Below are positions 23,050-33,185 of a DNA stretch of 64,000 bases, in pieces. The stretch spans positions 672,001-736,000 of the forward strand of contig OY762721.1 in NCBI GenBank assembly GCA_963666345.1, written 5' to 3'. The position numbers and the translations under genes are program-made. Source of the DNA: Desulfatiglandales bacterium (GTDB lineage: Bacteria; Desulfobacterota; DSM-4660; Desulfatiglandales; Desulfatiglandaceae). The stretch's first letter is position 1. Each line of letters begins with the position of its first letter. The notes under the pieces are model-generated. The model had not been told where the DNA came from, ran no database searches, and saw only the letters and a program-made list of their open reading frames with translations.

Positions 23050-23810
23050 TCATTTCCTGGCCACCCTTGAACCGATGTAACCAGGCAATTCACAAATAAG
23101 GGCATCTATCTCAGCTCCTTTATTGTTCAAAAACTGCAGGATACCGTCTGATTTTGATTTCAATACAAATTCGTCTCCACTCCTGATTTCATCGCCCTTT
23201 ATAAGCATATCCTCTTTGAAAAGAAAATCTATTATGGCATCATCGGCATCAAACTGCACATCGAATCTCTTTTGCAGATACTCCAACCAGAACCCATATT
23301 CTTGCGGATGGTCCAGGTGTTCCACAGGAATTCCAAGTTCAAAGCTCAGAGGCCTTGAGATACCTGGAATAAGCCTGGAACCACCTAGATAATCAAGAAC
23401 GTGAGCGGTCTGGTGAATCAGTGAACTGTCTCCTATGTTTCTGGAAATCGCTACATAGATATTATCAGGATCGCTCTCCTTGGTCTTTAAGACATTGACG
23501 ACTACGCCGCCTGAACCCTTTGCCTCATTGCTTGAAAAAGTTGGACCTGAGACATCCAAATCAACATAGCGCTTCAAATCTATGAACCTTATACCGACCC
23601 TGCTGCCGGTCAAATCCTTAATATCAAGCGAATCTTTTATCTCTATTGAGCGCCCATATTTCACTTCAGGCAGAGAGGTTATTGTGCGACTCTTCTCGAT
23701 CGAAAAGTCGACCCATTCTGAAAGAGCTCTTCCTCCCTGCCGAGATGACAGTACTTGAATTTCTTTCCGCTGCCACAAGGGCACGGTTCATTTCTTCCGA
23801 TCTTTTTCAT
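23050..23810 (-). pseudogene. SEC-C motif protein with a zincin-like domain, split by a single-base frameshift (or sequencing error)
   Basis: ATG at 23810 gives [33 protein letters not shown] (SEC-C) and stops at 23679; the long C-terminal ORF (23050-23784) is in the -1 frame. Confidence 0.75.
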
Positions 23811-23916
23811 ATTGAAGGACCCATCTTTCTATTACCGGCAACTGGCGCCCCTGTTTTACTTCCTGTATGGACACCAAATTAAGGGCTGGGGATTCCTCAT
23901 TATCCGGATGCTGACA

Positions 23917-24186
23917 TCAATCTCCTATAATGCGATCCTTGTGGGCATCATAAGACCAGCAGGGCAGCGGTCCACTGGCTCCTGTCTCCGGATTATACCT
24001 GTGTCTGTAGCTCGCCTTGACATTTTGCGTCTTCATCATATGATCCCAGCCGCGCACAAAATAGGGACACATATCATTGAAACATACCCACTGGAAGCCT
24101 GTACCCCAGGTTGAATCAGAGGGATTGCCCCATCTTTTCATGTCACCTCCGCAGTGCGGGCATTTGGAGATATCCTTTTCACTCAT
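23917..24186 (-). CDS. Small zinc-ribbon protein
   Basis: CPHC...CFNDMC; SD GGAG; directly downstream of hdrB-like gene. Confidence 0.8.
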   Translation of the reverse strand: MSEKDISKCPHCGGDMKRWGNPSDSTWGTGFQWVCFNDMCPYFVRGWDHMMKTQNVKASYRHRYNPETGASGPLPCWSYDAHKDRIIGD

Positions 24187-24218
24187 TTACTCCTCCAATA
24201 GACAGATTTCCGTTCTAT

Positions 24219-25097
24219 CTAACCGATTGAGGCATGTAAAACACCTTCAGGGGGTATTATATTGTAATCCAAGGCAGCATCCTTCTTCCAGTCAAGGCCA
24301 AAGGCAACGGCCATAAGTTGAGTCAAATAGACTATGGGTACGTCGAAGTCGGTCCCCAGCGCCTTATTTATTCTACCCTGGTAGTTCTCCAGATTCATTG
24401 CACACATCGGGCAGACGGTAGAAACCATCTGCGCACCGTTTGAAAGGGCATCGGCAAGTATTTCACTAACAAGTCCGAAGCAATACTCCATCTCCGTAAG
24501 AAATATGCCCGAGCCGCAGCACCGCATTTTTTTTGGAAAGGAAACGGCCTCAATTCCCAGGGCCTCAAGTAATAAATCCTGTATAACGGGCTTTTCCACA
24601 CTGTCATATTCACCATACGGCCGCACCGACTGGCAACCGACATAGCCTCCCACCTTTAATCCGTTAAGCGGTTTGACGACATTTTCCCTTATGCGATCGA
24701 CTCCTACATCGTGAAAAAGCACATCCATTATGTGCCTTACCCTGATGGTTCCCTTATAACTGAGGCCGCCTTCCGCAAGGATCTCATTTACCTGGGAAGC
24801 AAGCTGCTCATTTTCCTGAATCTCATGATTTACCTTATTCATCTGGATGTAACAGGAACTGCATGGCGCGACTATATCGTAATCCCCCTTCGTCTCTGCA
24901 AGGGCCAGGTTACGCGCGTTTAGTACCTTAATGGAAAGGTCATTCGCACCCACATAGGAGATACTGGCGCCACAACAATTCCAGTCGTCTATCTCCTCAA
25001 ACTCCATTCCCAGACTTTTACAGGCAGGCTTCAGGGAGGCCAAAAAATTAGAACCACTCGCTTCAAGGGCGCAACCCCAGTAAAGAAAATATTTCAT
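24219..25097 (-). CDS. hdrB: Heterodisulfide reductase subunit B-like (CCG-domain) protein, Qmo-associated
   Basis: YWGC...WNCCGA...APCSSC and GYVGC...MRCCG...TVCPMC. Confidence 0.92.
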   Translation of the reverse strand: MKYFLYWGCALEASGSNFLASLKPACKSLGMEFEEIDDWNCCGASISYVGANDLSIKVLNARNLALAETKGDYDIVAPCSSCYIQMNKVNHEIQENEQLASQVNEILAEGGLSYKGTIRVRHIMDVLFHDVGVDRIRENVVKPLNGLKVGGYVGCQSVRPYGEYDSVEKPVIQDLLLEALGIEAVSFPKKMRCCGSGIFLTEMEYCFGLVSEILADALSNGAQMVSTVCPMCAMNLENYQGRINKALGTDFDVPIVYLTQLMAVAFGLDWKKDAALDYNIIPPEGVLHASIG

Positions 25098-25684
25098 GAC
25101 CCGCCACCTCCCTTCCCTATTTCCCCGGCCTTATCAAGCATCCTTCTCAGAGAATCGATACCCTTGATCTTTTTCTCAGGCAGAAGTTTCATCCTCTTGT
25201 GCAAAAACATCACTATACCCATGTCCATCATCTCCAGGGTCTTTTTAAGCCCCTGGAAAAATCCTTCTAGAAAAAAGTAGCGCCTGGAGAGTTCCTTTTC
25301 ATCAATCCTGCCGATTCGATAGATCTGTTTCCAGAATTCACCGGCAAAACCGCAGGTTTCCTTTCTCGGGACATAGCCCTGTTTTACAGCATAATTTGCC
25401 AGGCCGTGCATTACGTCCACCACAGGTATCCCTCGCGGACAACGTACCTGGCATGCATAGCAGGAGGTGCATAGCATTATGGCCTCACTTCCTAGAACCT
25501 CTTCCCTTTTACCCGCCCTTACCATTGAGAAGATTTTCCTTGGTGAAAAGTCCATCTTGAGACTCAAAGGACATGATGCAGCGCATACCCCGCACTGCAT
25601 GCACATCTTTATTTCATCACCGAAATCCACATTACGGAAGACCTCCTGAGTAAATGAGGGGTTATAGTTCACACCATCTTTCAT
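25094..25684 (-). CDS. hdrC: Heterodisulfide reductase subunit C-like 2x[4Fe-4S] protein, Qmo-associated
   Basis: CMQCGVCAASCP and CTSCYACQVRCP; ATGA overlap with hdrB. Confidence 0.92.
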   Translation of the reverse strand: MKDGVNYNPSFTQEVFRNVDFGDEIKMCMQCGVCAASCPLSLKMDFSPRKIFSMVRAGKREEVLGSEAIMLCTSCYACQVRCPRGIPVVDVMHGLANYAVKQGYVPRKETCGFAGEFWKQIYRIGRIDEKELSRRYFFLEGFFQGLKKTLEMMDMGIVMFLHKRMKLLPEKKIKGIDSLRRMLDKAGEIGKGGGGS

Positions 25685-25760
25685 AAGCGACCTCTTTCTA
25701 TTATTGATTTCCGAATGAAAAGATCAAATTGACCCCTAATCAAAAAAATAGACCTTTTCC

Positions 25761-27992
25761 CTACCAGCCTTTAAAAGGATTGGGGCCCACCTTCTCTATC
25801 GTCTCCATGAATTCGCCGATGATCTTGGGTATTTTTTCGTAATCGGTAATTCCGACCTCTTCAAACCTTACCCTTTCAGATTCAAGGGCAAGCCTGTCAA
25901 GGGTCTCCGAGACCTTGCTGAGTCTTGTGCTTGCAAGCTCGCTTCCCTTGACAAAATGGCACTGGTAGTCGTCTCCGTGCCTGCAGCCTAAAAGAAGAAT
26001 CCCGTCAATACCCCTTGAAAGGGCATCGGCTATCCACACCAGGTTGAGAGACCCTAGGCACCTTACAGGGATAAAACGCACATAGGGGCTCCACTTCATT
26101 CTCTTTATTCCTGCCATATCAAGGGCGGGATAGGCATCATTTTCACAAATCAAGGCAAGGACTCTCGGCTTTTCTTCATCCTCTTCAGGGACATTGATCG
26201 CCTTTATCATGTTTCCTATCATACCCACTGAGTAGTTCTTAAAAGAGATAACTCTTTCGGGACAGGCCCCCATGCAGACCCCGCATCGTCTGCACCTGGT
26301 AGGGTTGGGAATCGGATTTGCCTTTTCATCCTCATTAAAGACCCCGAACGGGCACTCTTCGGTACATCTCTTACACTGTGTGCACCTCTGAAAATTTATC
26401 TCAGGATAGGACATGTCGCCCGATCTGGGGTGAACCGCCAGCCCTTGAGCAGTAGCCTCAACACATTGAATAGCCTTCATGGCGGCGCCTGAGGCATCAT
26501 CCACAACCTTTGCCGACTCCATAGGCCTTCTCACGCACCCTGCGGCATATATACCAGTCCTTCGCGTCTCATATGGAAAGCATATAAAATGAGAATCAGG
26601 GAAACCATATTTCAGGGTAGGCAGTTCAGGGCCCTGACGATATTTAAGGTTGAGCGTGGTTGAGGCAAAAAAACCTGAATCGGCCGCCACCTCAATCATT
26701 CCTTCTTCATCCGCACCCTCTGAACCTTCAGGCGCCTTGATTTTAGGCGTCACTTCCGGTTTGGTGGCCGGAACCATTCCGACGGCAAGAACAACCATGT
26801 CAAGATCTTCAATTTTTATCTTTTCGCCCAGAAGTTCATCATCGGCCTCCACGAAAAGTTTTTCCCCTTCTTCGTCGATATTTGAGACCGCACCTCGGAT
26901 AAATATATTGCCTTCGTCCTGTGCCTTTCGGTAAAAATCCTCAGACTGACCGACCGTTCGCATATCCTTATAAATGATGTAATTGACGGCCTCCGGATTC
27001 TGCTCCTTCACATAGGAGGCATGTTTCAATGAAACAAGACAGCATACAGAAGAACAATAAGGCAGATGATCCTGGTCCCTTGAACCGGCGCACTGTATAA
27101 AAAGGACATTTTTTATCTCCTTCCCGTCAGAGGGTCGGGTTATATCCCCATTGGCCGCAATCTGCTCGAATTCAACGTTTGTGACAACATTTCTGAATTT
27201 GCCGTAACCCAGATGCTCCAGTTTATCGGCATCATAAGGTACCCAGCCGGTAGCCTGAACTACGGCACCCACCCTTTCTGTTGCGCTGCCTCCATTCGAG
27301 TTTATCTCTACGGAAAACAGTCCTGGCGCCCCCTCAATACCGGCTATAGTGGATGAAGTGTAGACCTTTATATTTGTATTCGCCTGCACCTGCTTTATCA
27401 TATCCTCAGAGCCGGTTTCAGAAATCTCCTTATATGGCATGGTAACACGTTTTTTGCATTTTCCCAGAAATCCCCCCAGCTTATCCTCCTTTTCGACCAG
27501 GATAGCCATGTATCCCGCCTTTGCCGCATCCAAAGCGGCTGTCATACCTGCTATTCCACCTCCTACAACAAGTATGTCTTTTGAAAATCCCTCCTCAGCC
27601 TCAAAGGGAACGGGCAATTCCATATCATTGACCTTTTTACAGGCTATCCTGAGGTTGTCCTCGGCCAGCATCTGGGTATCTTCCTCCATGGCAGCCTGAG
27701 TCCACGCAACCTGCTCCCTTATATTGACCCTCTCAACAATCTTTTCAGGGCCAAAATCAAACACATCGTAATTAACCCTATGGGAGCAGGCAGCGATTAT
27801 AAGAGTATCTATATCTTCCCCTTCGATATCCTTCCTGATAATCTCAATACCTTCCGGTCCGCAAAGAAAGGGATGTGACTTGCATAATGCAGGGCTGTAT
27901 TCATCATTGGCCACCTCGGAGAGCTTTTCCGCATCTATGGCCTCTCCAATTCCGCATCCGGTGCATATGTATACTGCCGTCTTTTTATCCAT
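25761..27992 (-). CDS. qmoB: QmoB (HdrA-like FAD/FeS protein with C-terminal MvhD domain)
   Basis: VYICTGC, GGGIAG FAD site, QCAGSRD-x-x-HLPYCS-x-VCC, 2 ferredoxin motifs, CENDAYPALD...RCLGS...CHF; start set to ATG 27992. Confidence 0.95.
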   Translation of the reverse strand: MDKKTAVYICTGCGIGEAIDAEKLSEVANDEYSPALCKSHPFLCGPEGIEIIRKDIEGEDIDTLIIAACSHRVNYDVFDFGPEKIVERVNIREQVAWTQAAMEEDTQMLAEDNLRIACKKVNDMELPVPFEAEEGFSKDILVVGGGIAGMTAALDAAKAGYMAILVEKEDKLGGFLGKCKKRVTMPYKEISETGSEDMIKQVQANTNIKVYTSSTIAGIEGAPGLFSVEINSNGGSATERVGAVVQATGWVPYDADKLEHLGYGKFRNVVTNVEFEQIAANGDITRPSDGKEIKNVLFIQCAGSRDQDHLPYCSSVCCLVSLKHASYVKEQNPEAVNYIIYKDMRTVGQSEDFYRKAQDEGNIFIRGAVSNIDEEGEKLFVEADDELLGEKIKIEDLDMVVLAVGMVPATKPEVTPKIKAPEGSEGADEEGMIEVAADSGFFASTTLNLKYRQGPELPTLKYGFPDSHFICFPYETRRTGIYAAGCVRRPMESAKVVDDASGAAMKAIQCVEATAQGLAVHPRSGDMSYPEINFQRCTQCKRCTEECPFGVFNEDEKANPIPNPTRCRRCGVCMGACPERVISFKNYSVGMIGNMIKAINVPEEDEEKPRVLALICENDAYPALDMAGIKRMKWSPYVRFIPVRCLGSLNLVWIADALSRGIDGILLLGCRHGDDYQCHFVKGSELASTRLSKVSETLDRLALESERVRFEEVGITDYEKIPKIIGEFMETIEKVGPNPFKGW

Positions 27993-27996
27993 CGAG

Positions 27997-29265
27997 TTAC
28001 CTCCTCGCAATTGTTTGAATAGCCTTTAAAGCGGCGGCTGTGCCATCCTGTACGGATGAGGCGACCTCAGTGGGTCTTCTTACACAACCGGCACCGTAAA
28101 TACCGGCCTTTTCCGGATCAAAAGTCATAAATCCATATTCATCATAGGAAACATCGGGTGAAGGTTCGATACCGATACCGTTGGGGACCATTCCTGTGGC
28201 AAGCACTACCATATCGCATGTTGTCCTTATCTGCTCACCCGTATTCGTGTCCTCTCCCTCAAGGAGCAGGTTCCCTGTTTCAGTATCCTCAGTTATCATT
28301 GCTATCTTACTCTTTACAAAAGAAATCTTTTCATCTTCCTTGACCCTGTTATAGAAATCCTCCAGCCGATCAATGGCCCTTATATCTATAAAATAGATAG
28401 TGGCCTCACTGTCGGGATATTGCTCTCTCAGGTATGTGGCCTGCTTCATGGAGGCCAGACAACAGACTCCTGAGCAGTAAGGCAGATGGTTTTCATCCCT
28501 TGAACCGGCGCATTGAATAAAGGCCACATTCTTTGGTTCATTACCATCCGATGGTCTGAGGATCTTCCCGGCAGTTGGTCCATCCTGTGAGGCAAGACGC
28601 TCCATCATCACATTTGTTATCACATTCTTGTATTCGCCGAATCCGTAATATTCGATCTTTGACGCGTCGTAGGGATCCCATCCCGCGGCCCATATAATGG
28701 CACCCGCCTTTATATCGAAGAGGACTTTTTTCATCTCTAAGTCAATGGCATCATATTCACAGGCATCCCTGCATTTTTCAGCCTCGTCCGTGCCTACAAT
28801 CGAAGGATCAAGCACATACCTCATAGGAAACGCGAATTCATGCGGCAGATAGGCAGCCTTTATTTTATCCATGCCATAGTTGAACGGGTTGTCTATCTCT
28901 GTTTCGCATACCTCCGAGCATTTTCCGCAGCATGTGCAGTTTTCAGTGACATATCTGGGCGAAATTTTGACTGTCACATCGTAATCCCCTTTAACACCAG
29001 ATATCTTTGCCGGCTCCGCCATTGTAAAAAAGCGAATTCTGGGGTTCTGCTTCATCCTCCTGAAGTTGATCTCAAGCCCACAACTTGGGGGACATAGCTT
29101 CGGGAAATACTGATGCAGCTGCGCAACCCTTCCTCCAAGATAAGGCATCTTTTCGATCAGCACCACTTCATAACCGGCCTCGGCCGCCTCAAGAGCCGCC
29201 GTGATACCGCTCATGCCGCCTCCAACCACCAGTATAGTCTGGTTTGTAGTCTCTACTCCCGACAT
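27997..29265 (-). CDS. qmoA: QmoA (HdrA-like flavoprotein)
   Basis: VVGGGMSG...YFPKLCPPSCGLEINF...QCAGSRDENHLPYCSGVCC; downstream of aprA. Confidence 0.95.
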   Translation of the reverse strand: MSGVETTNQTILVVGGGMSGITAALEAAEAGYEVVLIEKMPYLGGRVAQLHQYFPKLCPPSCGLEINFRRMKQNPRIRFFTMAEPAKISGVKGDYDVTVKISPRYVTENCTCCGKCSEVCETEIDNPFNYGMDKIKAAYLPHEFAFPMRYVLDPSIVGTDEAEKCRDACEYDAIDLEMKKVLFDIKAGAIIWAAGWDPYDASKIEYYGFGEYKNVITNVMMERLASQDGPTAGKILRPSDGNEPKNVAFIQCAGSRDENHLPYCSGVCCLASMKQATYLREQYPDSEATIYFIDIRAIDRLEDFYNRVKEDEKISFVKSKIAMITEDTETGNLLLEGEDTNTGEQIRTTCDMVVLATGMVPNGIGIEPSPDVSYDEYGFMTFDPEKAGIYGAGCVRRPTEVASSVQDGTAAALKAIQTIARR

Positions 29266-29407
29266 TGTCACCTCCGAGGTTGTAGTTTTTCCCTTTAAAG
29301 CGATTTGGAATACCTGCTTACTATAAAAAACGCATTTCGTCCATAGCCACCCTATGCGGTGTGCCTATAGACCAGATCCGCCGTCATTGAAAGCAAGTAA
29401 GAGGGAT

Positions 29408-29451
29408 AAAAAATATGCTCCGGACACCCAGGTAATAGGTGCCCAGAGCAT
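29408..29451 (-). terminator. Intrinsic terminator/attenuator-like hairpin after aprA
   Basis: Minus strand AUGCUCUGGGCACC-loop-GGUGUCCGGAGCAU followed by AUUUUUU. Confidence 0.6.
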
Positions 29452-29470
29452 TATCATGAAAAATTGACAG

Positions 29471-31354
29471 TTATACACCCGGCAGAGGGACAATATCCCT
29501 TTTGATCATTTCCCATTCTCCCGTTGCGGCATCCCACCTGCAATTTGCAAAGCAGTGCCAGTTATCCTCATCCATCTTGGGAGTATCCGACCTGAAGTAG
29601 TAGCCGGGCCACCTTGTCTCCTCGCGGAAAAGCATTGTCCTGACATGGGACTCACCCTGCCACATACGGTGAATGTTCTCCCAGCATCTTTCAAGGTCAT
29701 AAACATCCCTTGCACCCAGTTTTTCAGAGTCCTCTTTAAGATAAACGAACAGTTCCATCGCCCTTTCCAGAAGGGCCTTGCTGGTCTTGAACGCAGAAGT
29801 CACGCCACCTGCATATTCGTCCATGATTTTCTGGAGACGATGCATAAACTGCATCGGCATGATATAGTTGGGATTCACCTCAGGCACGGTGGTTTCCTTG
29901 CAGTGCGACTGGAAAAGATCCATAGGAGCCAGGATCTTGGCCTTCAGTTCTTCCAACTTTGCCGCATCCACACTGGGATCACTTCCCTTTTCAACGATAT
30001 ATTTTATAGCGGATTTTCCTGCGATTCTGCCCTCCGCATGGGAACCTGAAGAGAACTTATGACTGGAGGCGCCTGAGGCGTCGCCGGCAGCAAAAAGTCC
30101 GTCCACAGTGCACATGTTGGCGTATCCCCACTTGTATGGGGTATCTATGTCTTCGGGACCGCTTACCCAAGCGCCGGATGCTCCGGAGTGTGATCCTATG
30201 AAGTAGGGTTCACAGGCTGCGATTTCGGAATGCTTTTCTTCAGGTTTTACATTTTGTGCGGCCCAGAGGTGTGCCTGGGATATCGTCATATCAAGAAAAT
30301 CCTCCCATGCCTCAACCTCCAGCTCTTTCATCTTCTTTTTGAAGGCCTTCGGATCATCCTTGTAGGCATCGGCCAGTTTTCCTATGGCCTCATCGGTCTC
30401 CATATACAGGGGACCAAGGCCGGCATCCGTATCAAGCATACCGAGATAATTTCTCAGATTTGCAGGGATAGGCTTTGCCAGTCCATAGGGAGCCCAGTTA
30501 TTGAGCTCATCCCTTCTTTCTACCATATACTCGCCGCCCTCGGCGCTTATAGCCCTTGATTTAAAGAGCAGGAACCAGGCACCAACGGGGCCGTACGCGT
30601 CCTTGAACCTTACAGGAATAAAACGCACTTCCTGACAGGTCATCTCCGCACCCGCCTTCATCGTGAAATAGGCACTCGAACCTGTGTTGAAGGGAGGATA
30701 CCAGGAACGCCCGAAACCCTCACCGACAGACCTGGGACGGAATACATGAACAGCACCACCTGCTGCTATGACAGTGGCCTTGGCCTTGAAGACATAGAAC
30801 TTTTCTTCACGGGTGCTGAATCCGACCGCTCCCACGCATTTGTTACCATCCATAAGAGGTTCCACAACAAAGATCCTCTCGTAGAGCTCACCGCCTGCAT
30901 CCGCGATAGCGTTCTTTGCAGCCTCTGCAATGATAATCTTATATGACTCACCATTTATCATTAGCTGCCAGCGTCCTTCATGCACATACTTACCCTCTTC
31001 ATCGGTCCATATCTTGAGGCCCCATTTTTCAAAGAGATGCACCGTGGAATCGACGTGTCGTGCGATATTGAACACCAGGTCTTCCCTGGAAACACCCATC
31101 AGGTCCTGACGGACATAGCGGACATAATCCTCGGCGGTATTGTCACCGTCTCTTATTCCGACATACTGATTGATTGCAGAAAGGCCCATCGCCACCGCTC
31201 CGCTCCTGTCGGTTGCGGCCTTGTCTACCATAACGACCTTAAGGCCGTTCTTCTTGGCCCAGTAAGCGGCCTCTGTGGCAGCACCGCATGCAGCGAATCC
31301 ACCGCCTACAATCAGGAGGTCGGTATTAACTACTACTGTCTCATAATTTGCCAT
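29471..31354 (-). CDS. aprA: Adenylyl-sulfate (APS) reductase alpha subunit
   Basis: DRSGAVAMGLSAINQY, WQLMINGESYK, RFKDAYGPVGAWFLLFK, HKFSSGSHAEGR. Confidence 0.98.
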   Translation of the reverse strand: MANYETVVVNTDLLIVGGGFAACGAATEAAYWAKKNGLKVVMVDKAATDRSGAVAMGLSAINQYVGIRDGDNTAEDYVRYVRQDLMGVSREDLVFNIARHVDSTVHLFEKWGLKIWTDEEGKYVHEGRWQLMINGESYKIIIAEAAKNAIADAGGELYERIFVVEPLMDGNKCVGAVGFSTREEKFYVFKAKATVIAAGGAVHVFRPRSVGEGFGRSWYPPFNTGSSAYFTMKAGAEMTCQEVRFIPVRFKDAYGPVGAWFLLFKSRAISAEGGEYMVERRDELNNWAPYGLAKPIPANLRNYLGMLDTDAGLGPLYMETDEAIGKLADAYKDDPKAFKKKMKELEVEAWEDFLDMTISQAHLWAAQNVKPEEKHSEIAACEPYFIGSHSGASGAWVSGPEDIDTPYKWGYANMCTVDGLFAAGDASGASSHKFSSGSHAEGRIAGKSAIKYIVEKGSDPSVDAAKLEELKAKILAPMDLFQSHCKETTVPEVNPNYIMPMQFMHRLQKIMDEYAGGVTSAFKTSKALLERAMELFVYLKEDSEKLGARDVYDLERCWENIHRMWQGESHVRTMLFREETRWPGYYFRSDTPKMDEDNWHCFANCRWDAATGEWEMIKRDIVPLPGV

Positions 31355-31373
31355 ATTTTTACCTCCTTCTCAC

Positions 31374-31808
31374 CTATATTGTGGGTACCGCATCAAGTCC
31401 CAGTGACTCAGGTTCGGTTGCCAGGGCCTCAGATTTGAGGTCATCATGAGTGCCATATCCACCCAGAGGATCAGCCGTTCCTTCGGCATTGGTCCTTATG
31501 GGGAACTTAAACCTTTTGATTGAACCATCCCTGAACTTGACCGTCCACATAATATCCTGAGAACCCCGAAGCGGCGTGCAGCTTGCTCCAAGGGGAATAA
31601 AATCGGCATACCCCCTGACATCCATAGCCTGCTGAGGGCAGATCTTAACGCAACACTGACATTCCCAGCACATGGAAGGATCACGGTTATATGCCTTCAT
31701 GGTCTCCGTATCAAGCACCATGAGGTCGTTGGGGCAAATATACATGCATGCGGTCTTGTCCTGCCCCTTACAACCATCGCATTTTTCCACAATAACATAA
31801 CTTGGCAT
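31374..31808 (-). CDS. aprB: APS reductase beta subunit
   Basis: CDGCK...ACMYICPNDLM...CWECQCCVKICP...KRFKFPIRT. Confidence 0.98.
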   Translation of the reverse strand: MPSYVIVEKCDGCKGQDKTACMYICPNDLMVLDTETMKAYNRDPSMCWECQCCVKICPQQAMDVRGYADFIPLGASCTPLRGSQDIMWTVKFRDGSIKRFKFPIRTNAEGTADPLGGYGTHDDLKSEALATEPESLGLDAVPTI

Positions 31809-31967
31809 TATAACACCTCCTGGTTTAACATATTAAAAGTATTCAATCTTTCTATCTGGGAAAACTATGAATCCTTGGCACACCTCCTTTCTTTCTTAAT
31901 TTTGCAGGAAAAACAAATAACGATTGTTGTATACAAGCCATTGTTTTTGCTGATTAAAATGTTTTTT

Positions 31968-33185
31968 TTATTTCTTAACTTCACCGGTAGCGGCACCGTG
32001 CAGTTTGATCTCCACCTTTTCTTCAAGATTCTGGTAATAATCCTGCAGGATACTGACTACTTCCGGCCTTGAAAATTCCGGGGGGAGGTCTCCGCCTTCA
32101 CTAAGGGTCTTCCTCACCATGGTACCTGACAGAAGCAGCCTGTCATCCTTCCCGTGCGGACATGTCTTCATGGAAGCCATGCCGCCGCATTTGTAGCAAT
32201 AAAAGGTCCAGTCTATATTGAGATTTTCACATTTGAGGCCACCGGCAGGTATCTGATCGAATATCTTCTGTGCATCAAAGGGACCGTAATAATCACCGAC
32301 TCCTGCATGATCGCGGCCTATAATCATATGGCTGCAACCGTAGTTCTGTCTGAATACAGCATGCAGAAGTGCCTCTCTGGGACCGGCGTACCTCATCTCC
32401 ATAGGATAACCGCCCTGCACGACAGTGCCTTCTACGAACCAGTTATCCACAAGCGCCTGGATGGCCTTAACCCTTACATCGGCCGGGATATCGCCAGGTT
32501 TGAGTTTGCCGACCAGTTGATGGATATAGACCCCGTCCATCACCTCTACAGCGATTTTGGCTAGAAATTCGTGAGACCGATGCATCGGGTTCCTGAGCTG
32601 AAGGGCGGCCACCCTTGACCAGCCCATTTCCTCAAAGATCTTCCTTGATTCGGCCGGTCTGTGATAGAGTCCTTTGAACTGCTCAGGGTAATAGCTCTCG
32701 CTCACCACCTTGACCGGACCCGCGAGATTGTATTTGCTCTGGGCCATGACCTTTTCTACGCCGGGATGCTCGCTGTCTGACGTAGTAAAGACCTTCATGC
32801 ATTCGTGTTCTTTGTCTATCTCATATTTTTCAGTTACCTTCATGGTCGCTATGGTTGTTCCAGTTTCGGTATCCACCAATGCCGCTTCATCCCCCTGTTT
32901 TACCTCCTCATCATCGGTTGAAAGCGTTATAGGGATCGGCCAGAAGGTTCCATTTGCCATAGTGAAATTGTCGCAGACGCCCTGCCAGTCAGACTTGGTC
33001 ATAAATCCGGTGAGTGGTGTAAAGGCGCCGATGCCCATCATGATCAGATCAGAGGTCTCTCTTGAGGTCATTTTGATCTGCTTGAGCCCTTTGGCCCTTT
33101 CAAGCTCCCTTTCAAGGTCGCTACCTGCAAGCAATAAGGGCATCAACCTTTCTTCCTTTCCATGGGGTGGGATAAGTCCTGCCAT
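31968..33185 (-). CDS. sat: Sulfate adenylyltransferase (dissimilatory ATP sulfurylase)
   Basis: [29 protein letters not shown]-terminal CxxC...CPH; start at MAGLIPPHG after SD AGGAGG. Confidence 0.98.
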   Translation of the reverse strand: MAGLIPPHGKEERLMPLLLAGSDLERELERAKGLKQIKMTSRETSDLIMMGIGAFTPLTGFMTKSDWQGVCDNFTMANGTFWPIPITLSTDDEEVKQGDEAALVDTETGTTIATMKVTEKYEIDKEHECMKVFTTSDSEHPGVEKVMAQSKYNLAGPVKVVSESYYPEQFKGLYHRPAESRKIFEEMGWSRVAALQLRNPMHRSHEFLAKIAVEVMDGVYIHQLVGKLKPGDIPADVRVKAIQALVDNWFVEGTVVQGGYPMEMRYAGPREALLHAVFRQNYGCSHMIIGRDHAGVGDYYGPFDAQKIFDQIPAGGLKCENLNIDWTFYCYKCGGMASMKTCPHGKDDRLLLSGTMVRKTLSEGGDLPPEFSRPEVVSILQDYYQNLEEKVEIKLHGAATGEVKK

